IMG/VR virus record: IMGVR_UViG_3300011871_000002
Span: 96,001-160,000 of that record
Source of the DNA: a virus
Lineage: Duplodnaviria > Caudoviricetes
DNA length: 64,000 nt
Reading direction: 5' to 3' (one strand)
Of this stretch, positions 1 through 9,785 are shown piece by piece. The translations under genes were made by a program, and so were the position numbers. The notes beneath the pieces were generated by a model. The model saw only the letters and a program-made list of their open reading frames with translations, made no database searches and was not told the DNA's origin. Position 1 is the stretch's first letter; each line of letters opens with the position of its first letter.

Positions 1-819
1 TGGGAGAGCATCAATGCAATCGCTGATATTGGCGCTGATCTTAGATACGTGAAAACAGTTTCTGTCGAGTACATAGAGCGATTGGGGATCTCCATGCTCT
101 ATGTACCCGACGAGGCTAATTCGTCAACTCAAAAAACCCTCAGCCAAGTCCGCGAATTACTGCATGCCAAGGGGATGGATCAAGTTGACTTTGCCATGAT
201 GCACGGGCAATTTGATTACCAGATTGATGCGCTTTTGGATGCGCATAAAACGCATGATTCGGATGCCTATTTGGCACTCGTGCGTGAATTTATCATGGTG
301 GGCCATGTGCACACCTATAACCGCCGCGGTCGCATCATCCCGCCCGGTTCGTTTGACCGGCTCAAGCACGGTGAAGAAGAAGCCAAAGGCCATGTGCGAA
401 TTCTCACCAAGAAAGACGGCGAACATGAGGTAAGGTTCATTGAGAACAAAGGTGCCAAGCGCTACGTCACTGTGCCGTGTAAAGGATTGGACTTAACGGA
501 AACGTTGGCGCAGGTAGATAAGTACATCAAGGACTTGCCAATCGATTCCTATGTACGCATCGAAGCAGATACAGGCAACCCAGTCTTGACCAATATGCAG
601 CAAGTCGTACTTAAGTACCCTGAGTACAACTGGTCCAAGATTTCCCGCAAAGAAAAGAAAGTACAGGAAGAAGAAGCCGCAGCACTGGAGAAAACCTTCC
701 AGCACGTGGCACTCACGAAAGACAACCTCGGCGACATGTGGCTGGCACGGGTAGCAAAAGCCAATCCTAAACCTGAAGTGCTGGCTGCGGCGCGCCAATT
801 GATCGGGGAGGTATTGTAG
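1..819 (+). CDS. sbcD: SbcD/Mre11-like metallophosphoesterase nuclease subunit (5'-truncated by window edge)
   Basis: Frame is open from base 1. Motifs MHGQF, MVGHVH and PGSFDRL..GEEEAKG match the C-terminal part of SbcD-type phosphoesterases. Position precedes the nvRNAP block as in phiKZ-like phages. Confidence 0.75.
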   Translation, partial: WESINAIADIGADLRYVKTVSVEYIERLGISMLYVPDEANSSTQKTLSQVRELLHAKGMDQVDFAMMHGQFDYQIDALLDAHKTHDSDAYLALVREFIMVGHVHTYNRRGRIIPPGSFDRLKHGEEEAKGHVRILTKKDGEHEVRFIENKGAKRYVTVPCKGLDLTETLAQVDKYIKDLPIDSYVRIEADTGNPVLTNMQQVVLKYPEYNWSKISRKEKKVQEEEAAALEKTFQHVALTKDNLGDMWLARVAKANPKPEVLAAARQLIGEVL

Positions 820-1659
820 ATGTCTCTAGCAAATTACCCAGGCCGTACTACAGGGCAGTTTCCGATCTCGGTGGCCACCAGCTTGGCCATTGAAGCCGCG
901 CTGGGGATGTATCCGGATCGTCCAGTGGACCCACCGCCGATTTTGGACTACGAAGAGTTGTGGATCAACTTGCGCACCTTGTTCCGTAACATCTACGGCG
1001 CGTTTGATAAAGGAGTACCAGAAACTGTTTCAGTAGAAGCGTATGCAGAAGCGCTGGACAGTGAGATGGAGCAGATTTACGAGATCATCACGGGCCGAAC
1101 CAATGGCTTGACCCGCGTGATTTACTATGTTAGCGATTATGCTGACATGGACAAGAAGTACCCCTACGCGGTGATTCGCCGCGATAGTACCGCTAAACAG
1201 AAAATGTTTACGGCCATCATGAAAGACAGTATCGGCATGGTCCTCAAGAAACATCCCAAGGGCAATATCCGTACAGTCCGGTTAAAGCTCAAGCCTGAGC
1301 ATAAAACCAAAGCGATGATCATCACCCACATCGCGTTTGATTTAGTGGCCTACCAAGAATTCAAGGAATTGGTCTTGCTGGAAAGCCACACAGGTGCCAT
1401 TAAGCGACGTGAACAATGGCATACCAAGTATTACGATGGGAAGAATCTGGCGATGATTCCCTTCCGCGAAGACTTCTTGCAAGTTTTCGGTGACAACGAA
1501 TTCTTCCGCCCCACTGACATCAAACTCCGTAAAGAGATTTTGGAAGTGGCGGTAAAGAATCGCTGGTCAGCCATCACGACTCGTGAAAAGATCCGTTTCG
1601 GGATCGAACAACTGACCAATCCTTACGCCAAGGAAATCCTGAGAAACATTCTCGTTTAA
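820..1659 (+). CDS. Conserved phiKZ-like hypothetical protein (gp66-like)
   Basis: 279-aa ORF abutting the upstream stop; LWINLRTLFRN motif; syntenic position between sbcD and chmC. Confidence 0.6.
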   Translation: MSLANYPGRTTGQFPISVATSLAIEAALGMYPDRPVDPPPILDYEELWINLRTLFRNIYGAFDKGVPETVSVEAYAEALDSEMEQIYEIITGRTNGLTRVIYYVSDYADMDKKYPYAVIRRDSTAKQKMFTAIMKDSIGMVLKKHPKGNIRTVRLKLKPEHKTKAMIITHIAFDLVAYQEFKELVLLESHTGAIKRREQWHTKYYDGKNLAMIPFREDFLQVFGDNEFFRPTDIKLRKEILEVAVKNRWSAITTREKIRFGIEQLTNPYAKEILRNILV

Positions 1660-1754
1660 CCATGATCCGGTTAAAGGGTGAAATTTTACTTATGATATTC
1701 ATCATGTAGACATCACCCACACGCCGAAACCACAACAACAGAAGGAGGGCCACG

Positions 1755-2531
1755 ATGGCCGATTTTAACAACCGACCCAAGGCGCCGAAGACGCTGCTGG
1801 ACGACCCATTCCTGCGTCTGACGACCGATTGCCCCACGCCTGCCGGCCAGGGTCGCAAGTCGAAGCTGGCGGTGGTGCTGAAGAAGTACAACCCGCAAAG
1901 CCTGCGCAACCCGCACATGGTGGTCTACACTGGCGATCCCACCGAAAACGACCAGAGCACGGACTACGGCAAGATCACCGCCAAGTTCGACTACGGTAAC
2001 TGGGGCACTGCGATGGAAACCATCGCCGACGCCGTGAACTGGGAACCAGGCGAGCGTGAGATGATCGTCTGCAAAGATACCGTGTTCACCGGCGGCGGTC
2101 AACGTTCGAAAGATCCGCTCCCGCAAGCAACCCTCATCGTCGGCAAGGACAAGGACGGCGTGGTGTGCCTGTCGATCAAGCACTTCAAGGAAAACCGTCC
2201 GGTCATCGTCTTCAAGATGCTGCCACCGCCGAACTTCCACGAATTCAAGAAGGCCGACGGCACGCCGCTGCCGCTGGCTGAACTGTCGAAGCGTTTCGTG
2301 CGTTCCTACGTGCGCCGCATGGAAGGCGTGGTCAAGCATCTGATGGTCACCACCTACGAAGAACCGGCCCCGTACGATCCGAACAACCGTGGCGGTGGTG
2401 GCGGTAACAACTACGGTAACCGTGGCGGCAATGGCGGCGGAGGTAATAACTACCGCAGCAATAACGACGGCGGTAACGGCGGCGGTAGCAGCAACGGCGG
2501 CGACGAATGGGCGAGTGATATCCCGTTCTAA
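1755..2531 (+). CDS. chmC: ChmC-like phage-nucleus-associated RNA/ssDNA-binding protein (phiKZ gp67 / PhiPA3 gp61-like)
   Basis: Strong RBS (AGGAGG). Folded N-terminal domain followed by a Gly/Asn-rich disordered tail ending SDIPF. Lies immediately upstream of the gp68-like gene. Assignment by synteny and architecture. Confidence 0.65.
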   Translation: MADFNNRPKAPKTLLDDPFLRLTTDCPTPAGQGRKSKLAVVLKKYNPQSLRNPHMVVYTGDPTENDQSTDYGKITAKFDYGNWGTAMETIADAVNWEPGEREMIVCKDTVFTGGGQRSKDPLPQATLIVGKDKDGVVCLSIKHFKENRPVIVFKMLPPPNFHEFKKADGTPLPLAELSKRFVRSYVRRMEGVVKHLMVTTYEEPAPYDPNNRGGGGGNNYGNRGGNGGGGNNYRSNNDGGNGGGSSNGGDEWASDIPF

Positions 2532-2553
2532 CAGGGTAGTAAAGTAGCATGAG

Positions 2554-2581
2554 GCTGGGTGGGATTCCACCCAGCTCTTTT
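2554..2581 (+). terminator. Intrinsic terminator
   Basis: GCTGGGTGG-gatt-CCACCCAGC hairpin followed by a T-run. Confidence 0.75.
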
Positions 2582-2604
2582 GCCTTGTGGTGTGTGCTTA
2601 CACT

Positions 2605-2645
2605 AAAAATTCTTAGTCACATATCACGTACATGAGCTGGTAAAC
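2605..2645 (+). promoter_or_regulatory. Putative phage early (virion RNAP) promoter
   Basis: GTCACATATCAC with an AT-rich upstream element. One of five intergenic copies (2616, 7499, 14271, 54953, 59682); resembles the phiKZ early TATATTAC motif. Confidence 0.6.
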
Positions 2646-2666
2646 AGAGTCTTTAGGGAGAGACCA

Positions 2667-4226
2667 TTGAAGATCATCGTCAAGAAGAAGATAGTGGCAG
2701 AAGACAGCGCCATCGTCTCCATTGTACACAACAATGAAGAATTGGACTGGGTGGTGGATTTCTTGGAAATCGCGACCAAGTCCAAGAAGGAGAAGTCCGT
2801 CTTCGACGCCGAGATCGATCCGTACGACCTCATCAATCGTTACTGGGATTCGCTGCCGCGCACCCGACAGGATCAAATCTTTGGCGTGTATCGCGACATT
2901 CGCGATGTGTTCTCGTCGTGCTTCGATTACACGGAAATGACGAAGTCGCTCTTTCCACTGGTGGCGCGACTCATCGAGTTGCACAGTATCGATGAGCTGA
3001 AGAACTGGTCGGACTACCGAAGCGGTGCGCGGATTCCGACCAACGACCCGAAGTTGCTCGTGTCTTACGACATGGTCAACGTCAGCAAGAAACCGCCAGA
3101 AGGCACTTACCGCCTAGAAGACTACAAGTGGTTGATTGCCATCTCGATTCTGGTGCGCTCCATGGTTCCGGTCTGGGGGCTCTACATCGAGCGGGTCAAG
3201 AAAGTGGTGGGCACCAACTTCAAGGAGTACAAGGCGTATCAGCTTCTGAGCCAGTCGGAACTGTTCGAGCACGCGGCCATGCAAAAGCTGCGTGACTACG
3301 TGCGGTTCAATACCAAGCCCGATCAGGTCAAGGTATCGGCGATGCGCAAGGGCTTGTCCACACAAGAGTATTCGGAATGGATGCTCGGGGTGGTGGTGGT
3401 CCGTAAGCTGGGCTGCCTGGACTTGATGGGTGGCGAGTCGAACAACTCGTCGGTCAATGTGCTGTACAATTACATTGGCCACAAACTCAAAAATAGCGAC
3501 AACAGTTTCGGTGGCGCTATTAATGAGAAAAAGTTCGAAGGCCTGAATGGGGAAGGAGAAAACAATCTCTCGACCCTCGAAGGCTACCGGACGCCGCAGG
3601 AGATTTCCCAAGGTAGCATCCTCGCATTCCAAGTGTATGCAGAGAATGTGGTAGCCATGGCGCAGCAAATCTGCCCTGGTATTCCCGCTGCCATGGTGAA
3701 CCGCTCGGTGGGGCACGTGCGCCTACTGCATGGCGTCATTCCAACCAACGAGCAATTGATCCTCATGCAGTTGACGGTCAAGAAAGTGTTGTCGCCGCAG
3801 TCGCTCAAACTGCTGAACCACGAAACCATTATGGGAGTGATGGGGGTGGTGCAGGCAGTGCTGTGGCACAAAGGGTATCCCGATCTGGCTGCTGCGGCAT
3901 CGGCCAAACGGGTGGAGGCGGACAGCATCGGCGGGAGTGACCACCGTTCACGGATTTTGCCTAACCAGCTGGAAGAGTTGAAACAGCTCTACCCGTATGT
4001 CAGGCGTGTGACTGCCAAATCCAAAACCGAGCAGGAAAATGTCGCACAGAAAGAAATCGAAACCATCGAGAAGGAGTTGAGCAAGAAAAGTTGGGCACTG
4101 ACGCTACCTAAGGAATGGGTGGCCGAACTCAACAAGAGTGAAAACAACAGAAGGTACTTTGTACCAAGTAATTTCAGGATCATTCTGGCACAATTTGTCA
4201 TTGCAGTAGCGAAAGGGGAATTTTAA
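2667..4226 (+). CDS. Non-virion RNAP promoter-specificity (sigma-like) subunit, phiKZ gp68-like
   Basis: 519 aa, helical. Length and position (after chmC, before picA and the nvRNAP beta/beta' genes) match gp68. TTG start behind GGAGAG. Confidence 0.65.
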   Translation: MKIIVKKKIVAEDSAIVSIVHNNEELDWVVDFLEIATKSKKEKSVFDAEIDPYDLINRYWDSLPRTRQDQIFGVYRDIRDVFSSCFDYTEMTKSLFPLVARLIELHSIDELKNWSDYRSGARIPTNDPKLLVSYDMVNVSKKPPEGTYRLEDYKWLIAISILVRSMVPVWGLYIERVKKVVGTNFKEYKAYQLLSQSELFEHAAMQKLRDYVRFNTKPDQVKVSAMRKGLSTQEYSEWMLGVVVVRKLGCLDLMGGESNNSSVNVLYNYIGHKLKNSDNSFGGAINEKKFEGLNGEGENNLSTLEGYRTPQEISQGSILAFQVYAENVVAMAQQICPGIPAAMVNRSVGHVRLLHGVIPTNEQLILMQLTVKKVLSPQSLKLLNHETIMGVMGVVQAVLWHKGYPDLAAAASAKRVEADSIGGSDHRSRILPNQLEELKQLYPYVRRVTAKSKTEQENVAQKEIETIEKELSKKSWALTLPKEWVAELNKSENNRRYFVPSNFRIILAQFVIAVAKGEF

Positions 4227-5711
4227 ATGTTCAACAACAATCAAGAAAGAATCATCGTCACCAGTTTCTTGGTGCAGGAGTCGGCTACGTACCAGCCGCA
4301 ATACCGGCGTGAATGGCGCGCCAACGTGGATGCCGATATCCAAGGCATGCTGATCAACCGCTTCAAGAACCTCAAAGGCAGTACCGCTACCGGTGCCCTG
4401 GCTTCGGGTGTTGCTGAAGTGTTCCTGATGCCGGCCAACCAGCCGGGCAAGGAAATCGCGATCAACGGCAACTGGCAGCATCCGGTGTACCGCGCCCTGT
4501 TGACCGTGGAAGTGCATTCGGCAACCGGCCACGTGGTGCGCTTCGTGGTCACGGCATTTAGCGACCCAGTCGAACGAACGCTGGGTGGTTCGATCAATAA
4601 CCGCATGCCGTTCTACATCACCAACATCGTGCAGCTGCGCCAGTTCGTCGATCGCACCAGCGGCATGGCGGTTCCTGTCACGGCGCTCGGTAGTGCCAAT
4701 CAAATTCTGGCCGACAACCGCTTCGGTGGTTACAGCAGCAAGTACGATTTCCGCATGCGTCCGATGGACGTGTTCAGCTACATCAGTCAACAAGCGATGG
4801 ATCTGGACACTCCCCAGACCGACATTTACGACGAGCGCACCGTGCTGTCGCAAACGCCGATCAAGTCGGAAGTGCGTAACGCCCTGCCGAATGCATTCGT
4901 CGGCAAGGTGCTCTCGGCGTACAAGCAAGCGCATGATAGCTCGGGTGAAATCGGTGGCACCGACATGGATCAGCTCTCCGAAGCGCAGGGCTTGATCATG
5001 GAAGCAGAAAGCGCGCAAGACATTTTCCTGCGTGCGCTGCGCGGCATTCGCCGCCATGGCCTGAGCGACACGGTCAGCAACTACTTCACGCTCGAAGAGC
5101 TGGTGGCGCTGTCGCCCACCGAGTGCGTGGTGCGTCCGAAAGTGATTCCGATCACGCCACAGGTGCAGAAGATGCGCGCAGACGGTCCCGGCGAAACCTG
5201 GGGCAAGACGCACGAACTGCAACGCATGGCTTCTTTCATCAAGGACACGATTCCGGCCCTGATGATGGAAAACATGATCATGCGCGCCCACATCAAGTGC
5301 AGCAACCGCACCTTCGTGGATGGCCGCATGACGGCGCAACTGCTCGACTGGGGTACTTTCTCGGACGTGGACGTTTCGGGCCAGATCGTGCAGCTGGAAA
5401 ACCGCATCGTGCGGGAAGTGCTGTTGCCGCTCTCGGAACAAAACACGCGCGGCCTGGAAATCGACATGCTGATGTTCGTCGATAGCGACAGCCGTTTCGA
5501 GATCTCCCTCGATGGTGCACCGAAAGTCGAGTTCGTCTCGCCGACCTTCGCCGGTTCGCTGCTCACGCCGGTACTGACCGACAACCCGCAAGCGGCATTT
5601 ACCATGGCTGGTGCATTCAAGGACCTGGGTGACATGCTGACCGATGCGGCCACGCAGTTGCCAGCGCTCAAGAATGCCTTCTTCCAGATCGGCACGAAGC
5701 GCGCCTTCTAA
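4227..5711 (+). CDS. picA: PicA/Imp1-like phage nucleus protein-import factor (phiKZ gp69-like)
   Basis: 494 aa, translationally coupled to the gp68-like gene; assigned by synteny and length. Confidence 0.55.
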   Translation: MFNNNQERIIVTSFLVQESATYQPQYRREWRANVDADIQGMLINRFKNLKGSTATGALASGVAEVFLMPANQPGKEIAINGNWQHPVYRALLTVEVHSATGHVVRFVVTAFSDPVERTLGGSINNRMPFYITNIVQLRQFVDRTSGMAVPVTALGSANQILADNRFGGYSSKYDFRMRPMDVFSYISQQAMDLDTPQTDIYDERTVLSQTPIKSEVRNALPNAFVGKVLSAYKQAHDSSGEIGGTDMDQLSEAQGLIMEAESAQDIFLRALRGIRRHGLSDTVSNYFTLEELVALSPTECVVRPKVIPITPQVQKMRADGPGETWGKTHELQRMASFIKDTIPALMMENMIMRAHIKCSNRTFVDGRMTAQLLDWGTFSDVDVSGQIVQLENRIVREVLLPLSEQNTRGLEIDMLMFVDSDSRFEISLDGAPKVEFVSPTFAGSLLTPVLTDNPQAAFTMAGAFKDLGDMLTDAATQLPALKNAFFQIGTKRAF

Positions 5712-5756
5712 ACCAACAAGAAACGCCCCCGCACATGGGGGCAGAAAGGAAACACC

Positions 5757-7085
5757 ATGAAGTTGCTGAAATGGTATCAAGAACTGATGAAGGCGCTCGG
5801 TCTGGTGTACGACCAAGACGGTTTCGTCTCGCGCCTGGAAGACGGCAAGCCGGAACCGCTGACGATCAAGGACCAGCGCCTCGTGCTGCCCTACGATGTC
5901 CAGCTGGAAAACCCGAACTGGGAAGGGCGCATCGCCTTCAACCCGCTGTACGAATCGCTGGCTCGCAAAGAGTCGCCGGTCCACGAAGCGATCCGCACCC
6001 AGCTCAACCTGCGCCTGAACACGATCTTCGGCATGATGAATGCGCGACTGGTGAAGATCTCGGGCGACACCGGCATGCATGCTACGCTCACCGCTGACCA
6101 GACCGAGTATCTCGACTACGTCAAGAAGGTCGACAAGCACACGTTCGACAACTACATCAAGCTGATCGATGCGTTTCCTGGTGACCGGGCGTTCGTCAAC
6201 ATCTACAGCCGGCCAGGTGGCATGGTCAAGGGCGAGAAGTTTTCCCGCGCTGCGATCGTCAGCTTCCCGATTTACGAAGCACTGGCCAGCGCCGAGGACG
6301 GTACCATCAAGACGCCGACCAAGAACGTGCGCCTGCGTCCGAAGGACATCGACACCTTCATGCGCATCCTGGAATACGTGATCCCGAACATCAAGGAAAA
6401 GCACCACTACGATGTCGGTAGCGTGTCCAACATGGCACCCACGCTGGAGTCGCTCCTCGCGGCGGCAGCACCAATCTTCCGCTGCCTGAACGACCAGCTC
6501 GACCTGTTCCACGACCGCATCGCGGAAGCGGACGAGCTGAAAACCGAGCTGGCCTGGGTGGACGAACTCGATCGCATCGGCCAGCTCTACACCGAGGCTA
6601 AGCGTCTGGGGATGATGAATGGCAATGAAGGACTGCCTTCCAGCATCAACACGCCGACCTCCAGTGCGGCGCCAGTCGCAGCAGCACCAGCGGCGCCGGC
6701 TCCGACCAAACAGGTCACCATGATCAACCCGATCACGGGTGAACCGGTCAAGGTGGCCGAACCGGCAGCACCTGCCAGTACGTTCACGGCGCCGAACGCC
6801 GCGCCGGCTCCAGCACAAACCAGCTGGGCACAGCCGACGATGTTCACGGGTACTGCACAGCCGTTCCGTGCAGCGCCTTCGACGGTTACTGCCAACGGCA
6901 AGGCCGACATGAACGCCATTCTGGCGAGCAACCCGGCACTGGCGGCGCAGTTCGGCGCACCGGCCCAGAGCTTCCATGGGCATGCCGGCGTGAGCCAGCA
7001 AGAGCGCGTACCTGGCTGGGCTACGGGTGGCGGGATGTCGTCTGGATTCACCTCCGGCTTCAGCACGCCGCGCCGGAACTTCTAA
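5757..7085 (+). CDS. Conserved phiKZ gp70-like protein with Ala/Pro-rich disordered C-terminus
   Basis: RBS AAGGA; strongly biased codon usage; syntenic position. Confidence 0.6.
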   Translation: MKLLKWYQELMKALGLVYDQDGFVSRLEDGKPEPLTIKDQRLVLPYDVQLENPNWEGRIAFNPLYESLARKESPVHEAIRTQLNLRLNTIFGMMNARLVKISGDTGMHATLTADQTEYLDYVKKVDKHTFDNYIKLIDAFPGDRAFVNIYSRPGGMVKGEKFSRAAIVSFPIYEALASAEDGTIKTPTKNVRLRPKDIDTFMRILEYVIPNIKEKHHYDVGSVSNMAPTLESLLAAAAPIFRCLNDQLDLFHDRIAEADELKTELAWVDELDRIGQLYTEAKRLGMMNGNEGLPSSINTPTSSAAPVAAAPAAPAPTKQVTMINPITGEPVKVAEPAAPASTFTAPNAAPAPAQTSWAQPTMFTGTAQPFRAAPSTVTANGKADMNAILASNPALAAQFGAPAQSFHGHAGVSQQERVPGWATGGGMSSGFTSGFSTPRRNF

Positions 7086-7088
7086 AGG

Positions 7089-7133
7089 CGGCATAAAAAG
7101 ACCGATCCCAAAAAGGATCGGTCTTTTTTCTTT
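7089..7133. terminator. Bidirectional terminator with CGGCATAAA motif
   Basis: AAAAAGACCGATCC-caaaaa-GGATCGGTCTTTTT between convergent genes. Confidence 0.85.
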
Positions 7134-7147
7134 GTACTGAACACCCT

Positions 7148-7474
7148 TTATTTCATGGTACTGGCTTGGCGGATCAGGTCGACGACACTAAAGTCGGGAA
7201 CCAAAATTTCGCTTAGGTCTTCGGGAACGACCAACGAGGAGGACAGTTCGTTCATCTGGCGCACACAGTAGTGATATTGCGGTGGGATTTCCAGCGCCGC
7301 AAAGAGCCCGTAGAGGTCACCCTTGAAATGCTCCACTTGCTTTGGTGTGACAGGGATGACCGTATTGCTAGGGTGGTAACGCAACAAGCTCATGTGATCA
7401 TCGATGACGTTTCGGATTGTGCGGGTATAAAACGAGGTAGGACCCGCGTCGTACGCTAGGTTATTAATGTCCAT
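7148..7474 (-). CDS. Small conserved protein, possibly T4 gp53/LysM-like baseplate wedge protein
   Basis: 108 aa with RBS GAGGA. The F.GDLYGL....IP..YH.....N pattern is reminiscent of gp53-like proteins; function is inference. Confidence 0.5.
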   Translation of the reverse strand: MDINNLAYDAGPTSFYTRTIRNVIDDHMSLLRYHPSNTVIPVTPKQVEHFKGDLYGLFAALEIPPQYHYCVRQMNELSSSLVVPEDLSEILVPDFSVVDLIRQASTMK

Positions 7475-7487
7475 GGTTTTCCTCTGT

Positions 7488-7528
7488 AGATATTTAAGGT
7501 TACATATTACCGATCTGTACTGGAAACA
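7488..7528 (+). promoter_or_regulatory. Putative early promoter for nvRNAP genes
   Basis: GTTACATATTAC at 7499-7510, same motif family. Confidence 0.65.
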
Positions 7529-7588
7529 GTACCATTGTCATACAAAGAGTCTGTTGTTACAACACGAAAGAAAAGGAAGACAACACAA

Positions 7589-9736
7589 ATGCCATATGGA
7601 CACAATCCATCAGCACTCTACTACATCAAGACTGAACCCAATGAACTGAGAAGGGAGTTCTTGGGGGTGTGCGGGCTGAATCCATGGTTCGCGCACGATT
7701 CCTCGCCACGTCAGCAAATGTTCGCCAGTCACTTGGGACAGGCGCTGGTGATCAGCGGGGTCAGTCGCCGGTTCTTTCAGACCGGCATGGAAAGGGAATA
7801 CGGGAAGTACACGTTCTCGGTCAAGATGCCTACCACGGGAGACATCATCAAGATCGTGGAACGCTATCGCCGCGGGATCGACGCAGGCCAGGTCAATGCA
7901 TTACAGTGCCCGCAGCGCGTGTTGATTTACGAAGACGAGCGCACCAAAGAAATCGGCTGCATCGATTTGCCTACGCACCCGCAGAATCACCCGTACTTCA
8001 GTTTCGAGTACAAGGCATGCGATGCACTGCATCAACTGGCGGCCGGGAACCGCGAGTCGTTCATGAAGGGCGAAATCTTCTTGGACTCGCCAGCCAAGTT
8101 CAAAGGCGGTCATTACGGCTATGGGTTGGAATGCAACATGGCATTCATCTCGTTGCCAGAGACATCCGAGGATAGTGTGCTGGTCTCGGAAGAGATTCTG
8201 CCTTTGATGTCGTTCAAGATCTACGAACGACGTACGGTGGAATGCGGGCGTGATAGCTTCCCGCTGAACATGTTTGGCACCAAAGACGTGTTCAAGCCGT
8301 TCCCTGAGATCGGCGAATACATTCGTCCGGATGGCCTAGTCATGGCGACGCGGCGCTACAGTGAGAATTCGGCGCTGTTTGAAATGAGCGTGGAAGACAC
8401 CATGAAGTTGAACATCCCGTTCGACTGGCCCTGCTATGCATCGCCTGGCAAGGGCAAGGTGGTGGACATCATCATCTGGCACGATCCGATGAATACTTCG
8501 GGACTCGTGCCGTACGGCATGGATGAAATGTTCAAGAAGTACCACCGTGGCATGCGTGCGTACCATCAGGAAATCTTCAACGAGTGGAAACGTTTGAAGC
8601 GGGCGCGCGGTAACTCGCTGCGCTTGACGCCGGCGATGAGCAACCTGGTGAAAGAATCGATCGCCATGGTGGGCGAGCATAAAGAGCGCATTCACATGCA
8701 TCGCCGCCGCAAGCCACTGGACGATTACACGATTGAATTCGTGATCGAGTACGAAGTCGTACCCACCGAAGGCTTCAAGCTGACGGACTGCCATGGCGGC
8801 AAGGGCGTGATCTGCAAAATCAAGCCAGCCCATGAAATGCCGGTGGATGCAGACGGCCGCCGCGCCCACATCGTGATGGACCCGAATTCCACCGTGTCAC
8901 GGATGAACATCGGGCGCTTGTACGAGCAGTACCAAAATGCTGCGCGTGACAAAGTGCGGCGCGACCTCCAAGCTATGTTAGGGATCGAGCATAAGGACCC
9001 GAGAGCGATCCACAAGGTTACCGAAATCAAGTACAGTGACCCGGAATTGTTCAACCGCGCCTGGGACTACCTGATGGGGTTCTACAAAATCATTTCGCCC
9101 ATCCAGCACAACTGGCATGCGACGGGAGAATACAAAGACCCGCCAGAAGTACACCTCGGCAAGTGTATCGGTGACGACATCTATGTCTTCTTGCCGCCGG
9201 AAAATGAACCAGAGTCGGAACAAATTGTTCACGACCTGCAAAAGTATTATCCGCCGACGTATGGTCCAGTGTGGTATGTGGGCAATTCGGGCCGGCGCAT
9301 CTTGACCAAAGAAAAGGTCATGATTGGTAGCATGTACGTGATGCTGCTGGAGAAGACGGGGGACGATTGGACAGCAGTGGCGTCGGGCAAGACCCAGCAC
9401 TTCGGGGTACTGTCGCAGATGACCAATGCCACCAAGTACCTGCAACCGACTCGCAATTCGCCGATCCGTTCGGACGGTGAAGCAGAAAACCGCATCTTCG
9501 TGTCGTACTGTGGCTGGGAGTTGGCTGCTGAGCGTCACGATCGTAACAACAACCCTGCCACCCACCGCCAAGTGGTGTACAGTGTGTTGACAGCGGATAA
9601 ACCAACCGACATCCAGTGCGCAGTCGACCGTGTCAAGGTGCCGCGTGGTCAGAATCGCCCACTCATGATGGTGAAGCACCTGTTGCAAACCGGTGGTACC
9701 CGTGTCGATTATACCGACGTGGGGTATGTACACTGA
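7589..9736 (+). CDS. Non-virion RNA polymerase beta subunit, C-terminal part (phiKZ gp71-73-like), uninterrupted
   Basis: Beta motifs DSSPRQQM..SH..QA, SEDS, GFKLTDCHGGKGVI, SRMNIG, YVMLLEK. ATG 7589 behind AAGGAAG is preferred over TTG 7535. Confidence 0.9.
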   Translation: MPYGHNPSALYYIKTEPNELRREFLGVCGLNPWFAHDSSPRQQMFASHLGQALVISGVSRRFFQTGMEREYGKYTFSVKMPTTGDIIKIVERYRRGIDAGQVNALQCPQRVLIYEDERTKEIGCIDLPTHPQNHPYFSFEYKACDALHQLAAGNRESFMKGEIFLDSPAKFKGGHYGYGLECNMAFISLPETSEDSVLVSEEILPLMSFKIYERRTVECGRDSFPLNMFGTKDVFKPFPEIGEYIRPDGLVMATRRYSENSALFEMSVEDTMKLNIPFDWPCYASPGKGKVVDIIIWHDPMNTSGLVPYGMDEMFKKYHRGMRAYHQEIFNEWKRLKRARGNSLRLTPAMSNLVKESIAMVGEHKERIHMHRRRKPLDDYTIEFVIEYEVVPTEGFKLTDCHGGKGVICKIKPAHEMPVDADGRRAHIVMDPNSTVSRMNIGRLYEQYQNAARDKVRRDLQAMLGIEHKDPRAIHKVTEIKYSDPELFNRAWDYLMGFYKIISPIQHNWHATGEYKDPPEVHLGKCIGDDIYVFLPPENEPESEQIVHDLQKYYPPTYGPVWYVGNSGRRILTKEKVMIGSMYVMLLEKTGDDWTAVASGKTQHFGVLSQMTNATKYLQPTRNSPIRSDGEAENRIFVSYCGWELAAERHDRNNNPATHRQVVYSVLTADKPTDIQCAVDRVKVPRGQNRPLMMVKHLLQTGGTRVDYTDVGYVH

Positions 9737-9785
9737 TGCGTTCCCCTTAGGAAAGAGGGTGCATGACAATACAAAAGGAGGAACC

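Noticed and set aside
2380-2505. GGCGGT/AAC repeats as a CRISPR or DNA repeat array
   Set aside because: Low-complexity Gly/Asn coding sequence with no repeat-spacer structure.
4104-7094. 996-aa minus-strand ORF (also 17178..18953, 36571..38352, 37913..39880, 46644..48008, 48902..50212)
   Set aside because: Antisense shadows of strongly codon-biased genes; no RBS or recognisable motifs.
9693-9785. Longer starts in the ORF track (9693, also 7535, 11928, 19521, 21805, 42797, 55875, 56496, 58357)
   Set aside because: They overlap neighbouring genes or terminators or lack an RBS; downstream starts with clear SD sequences were used.
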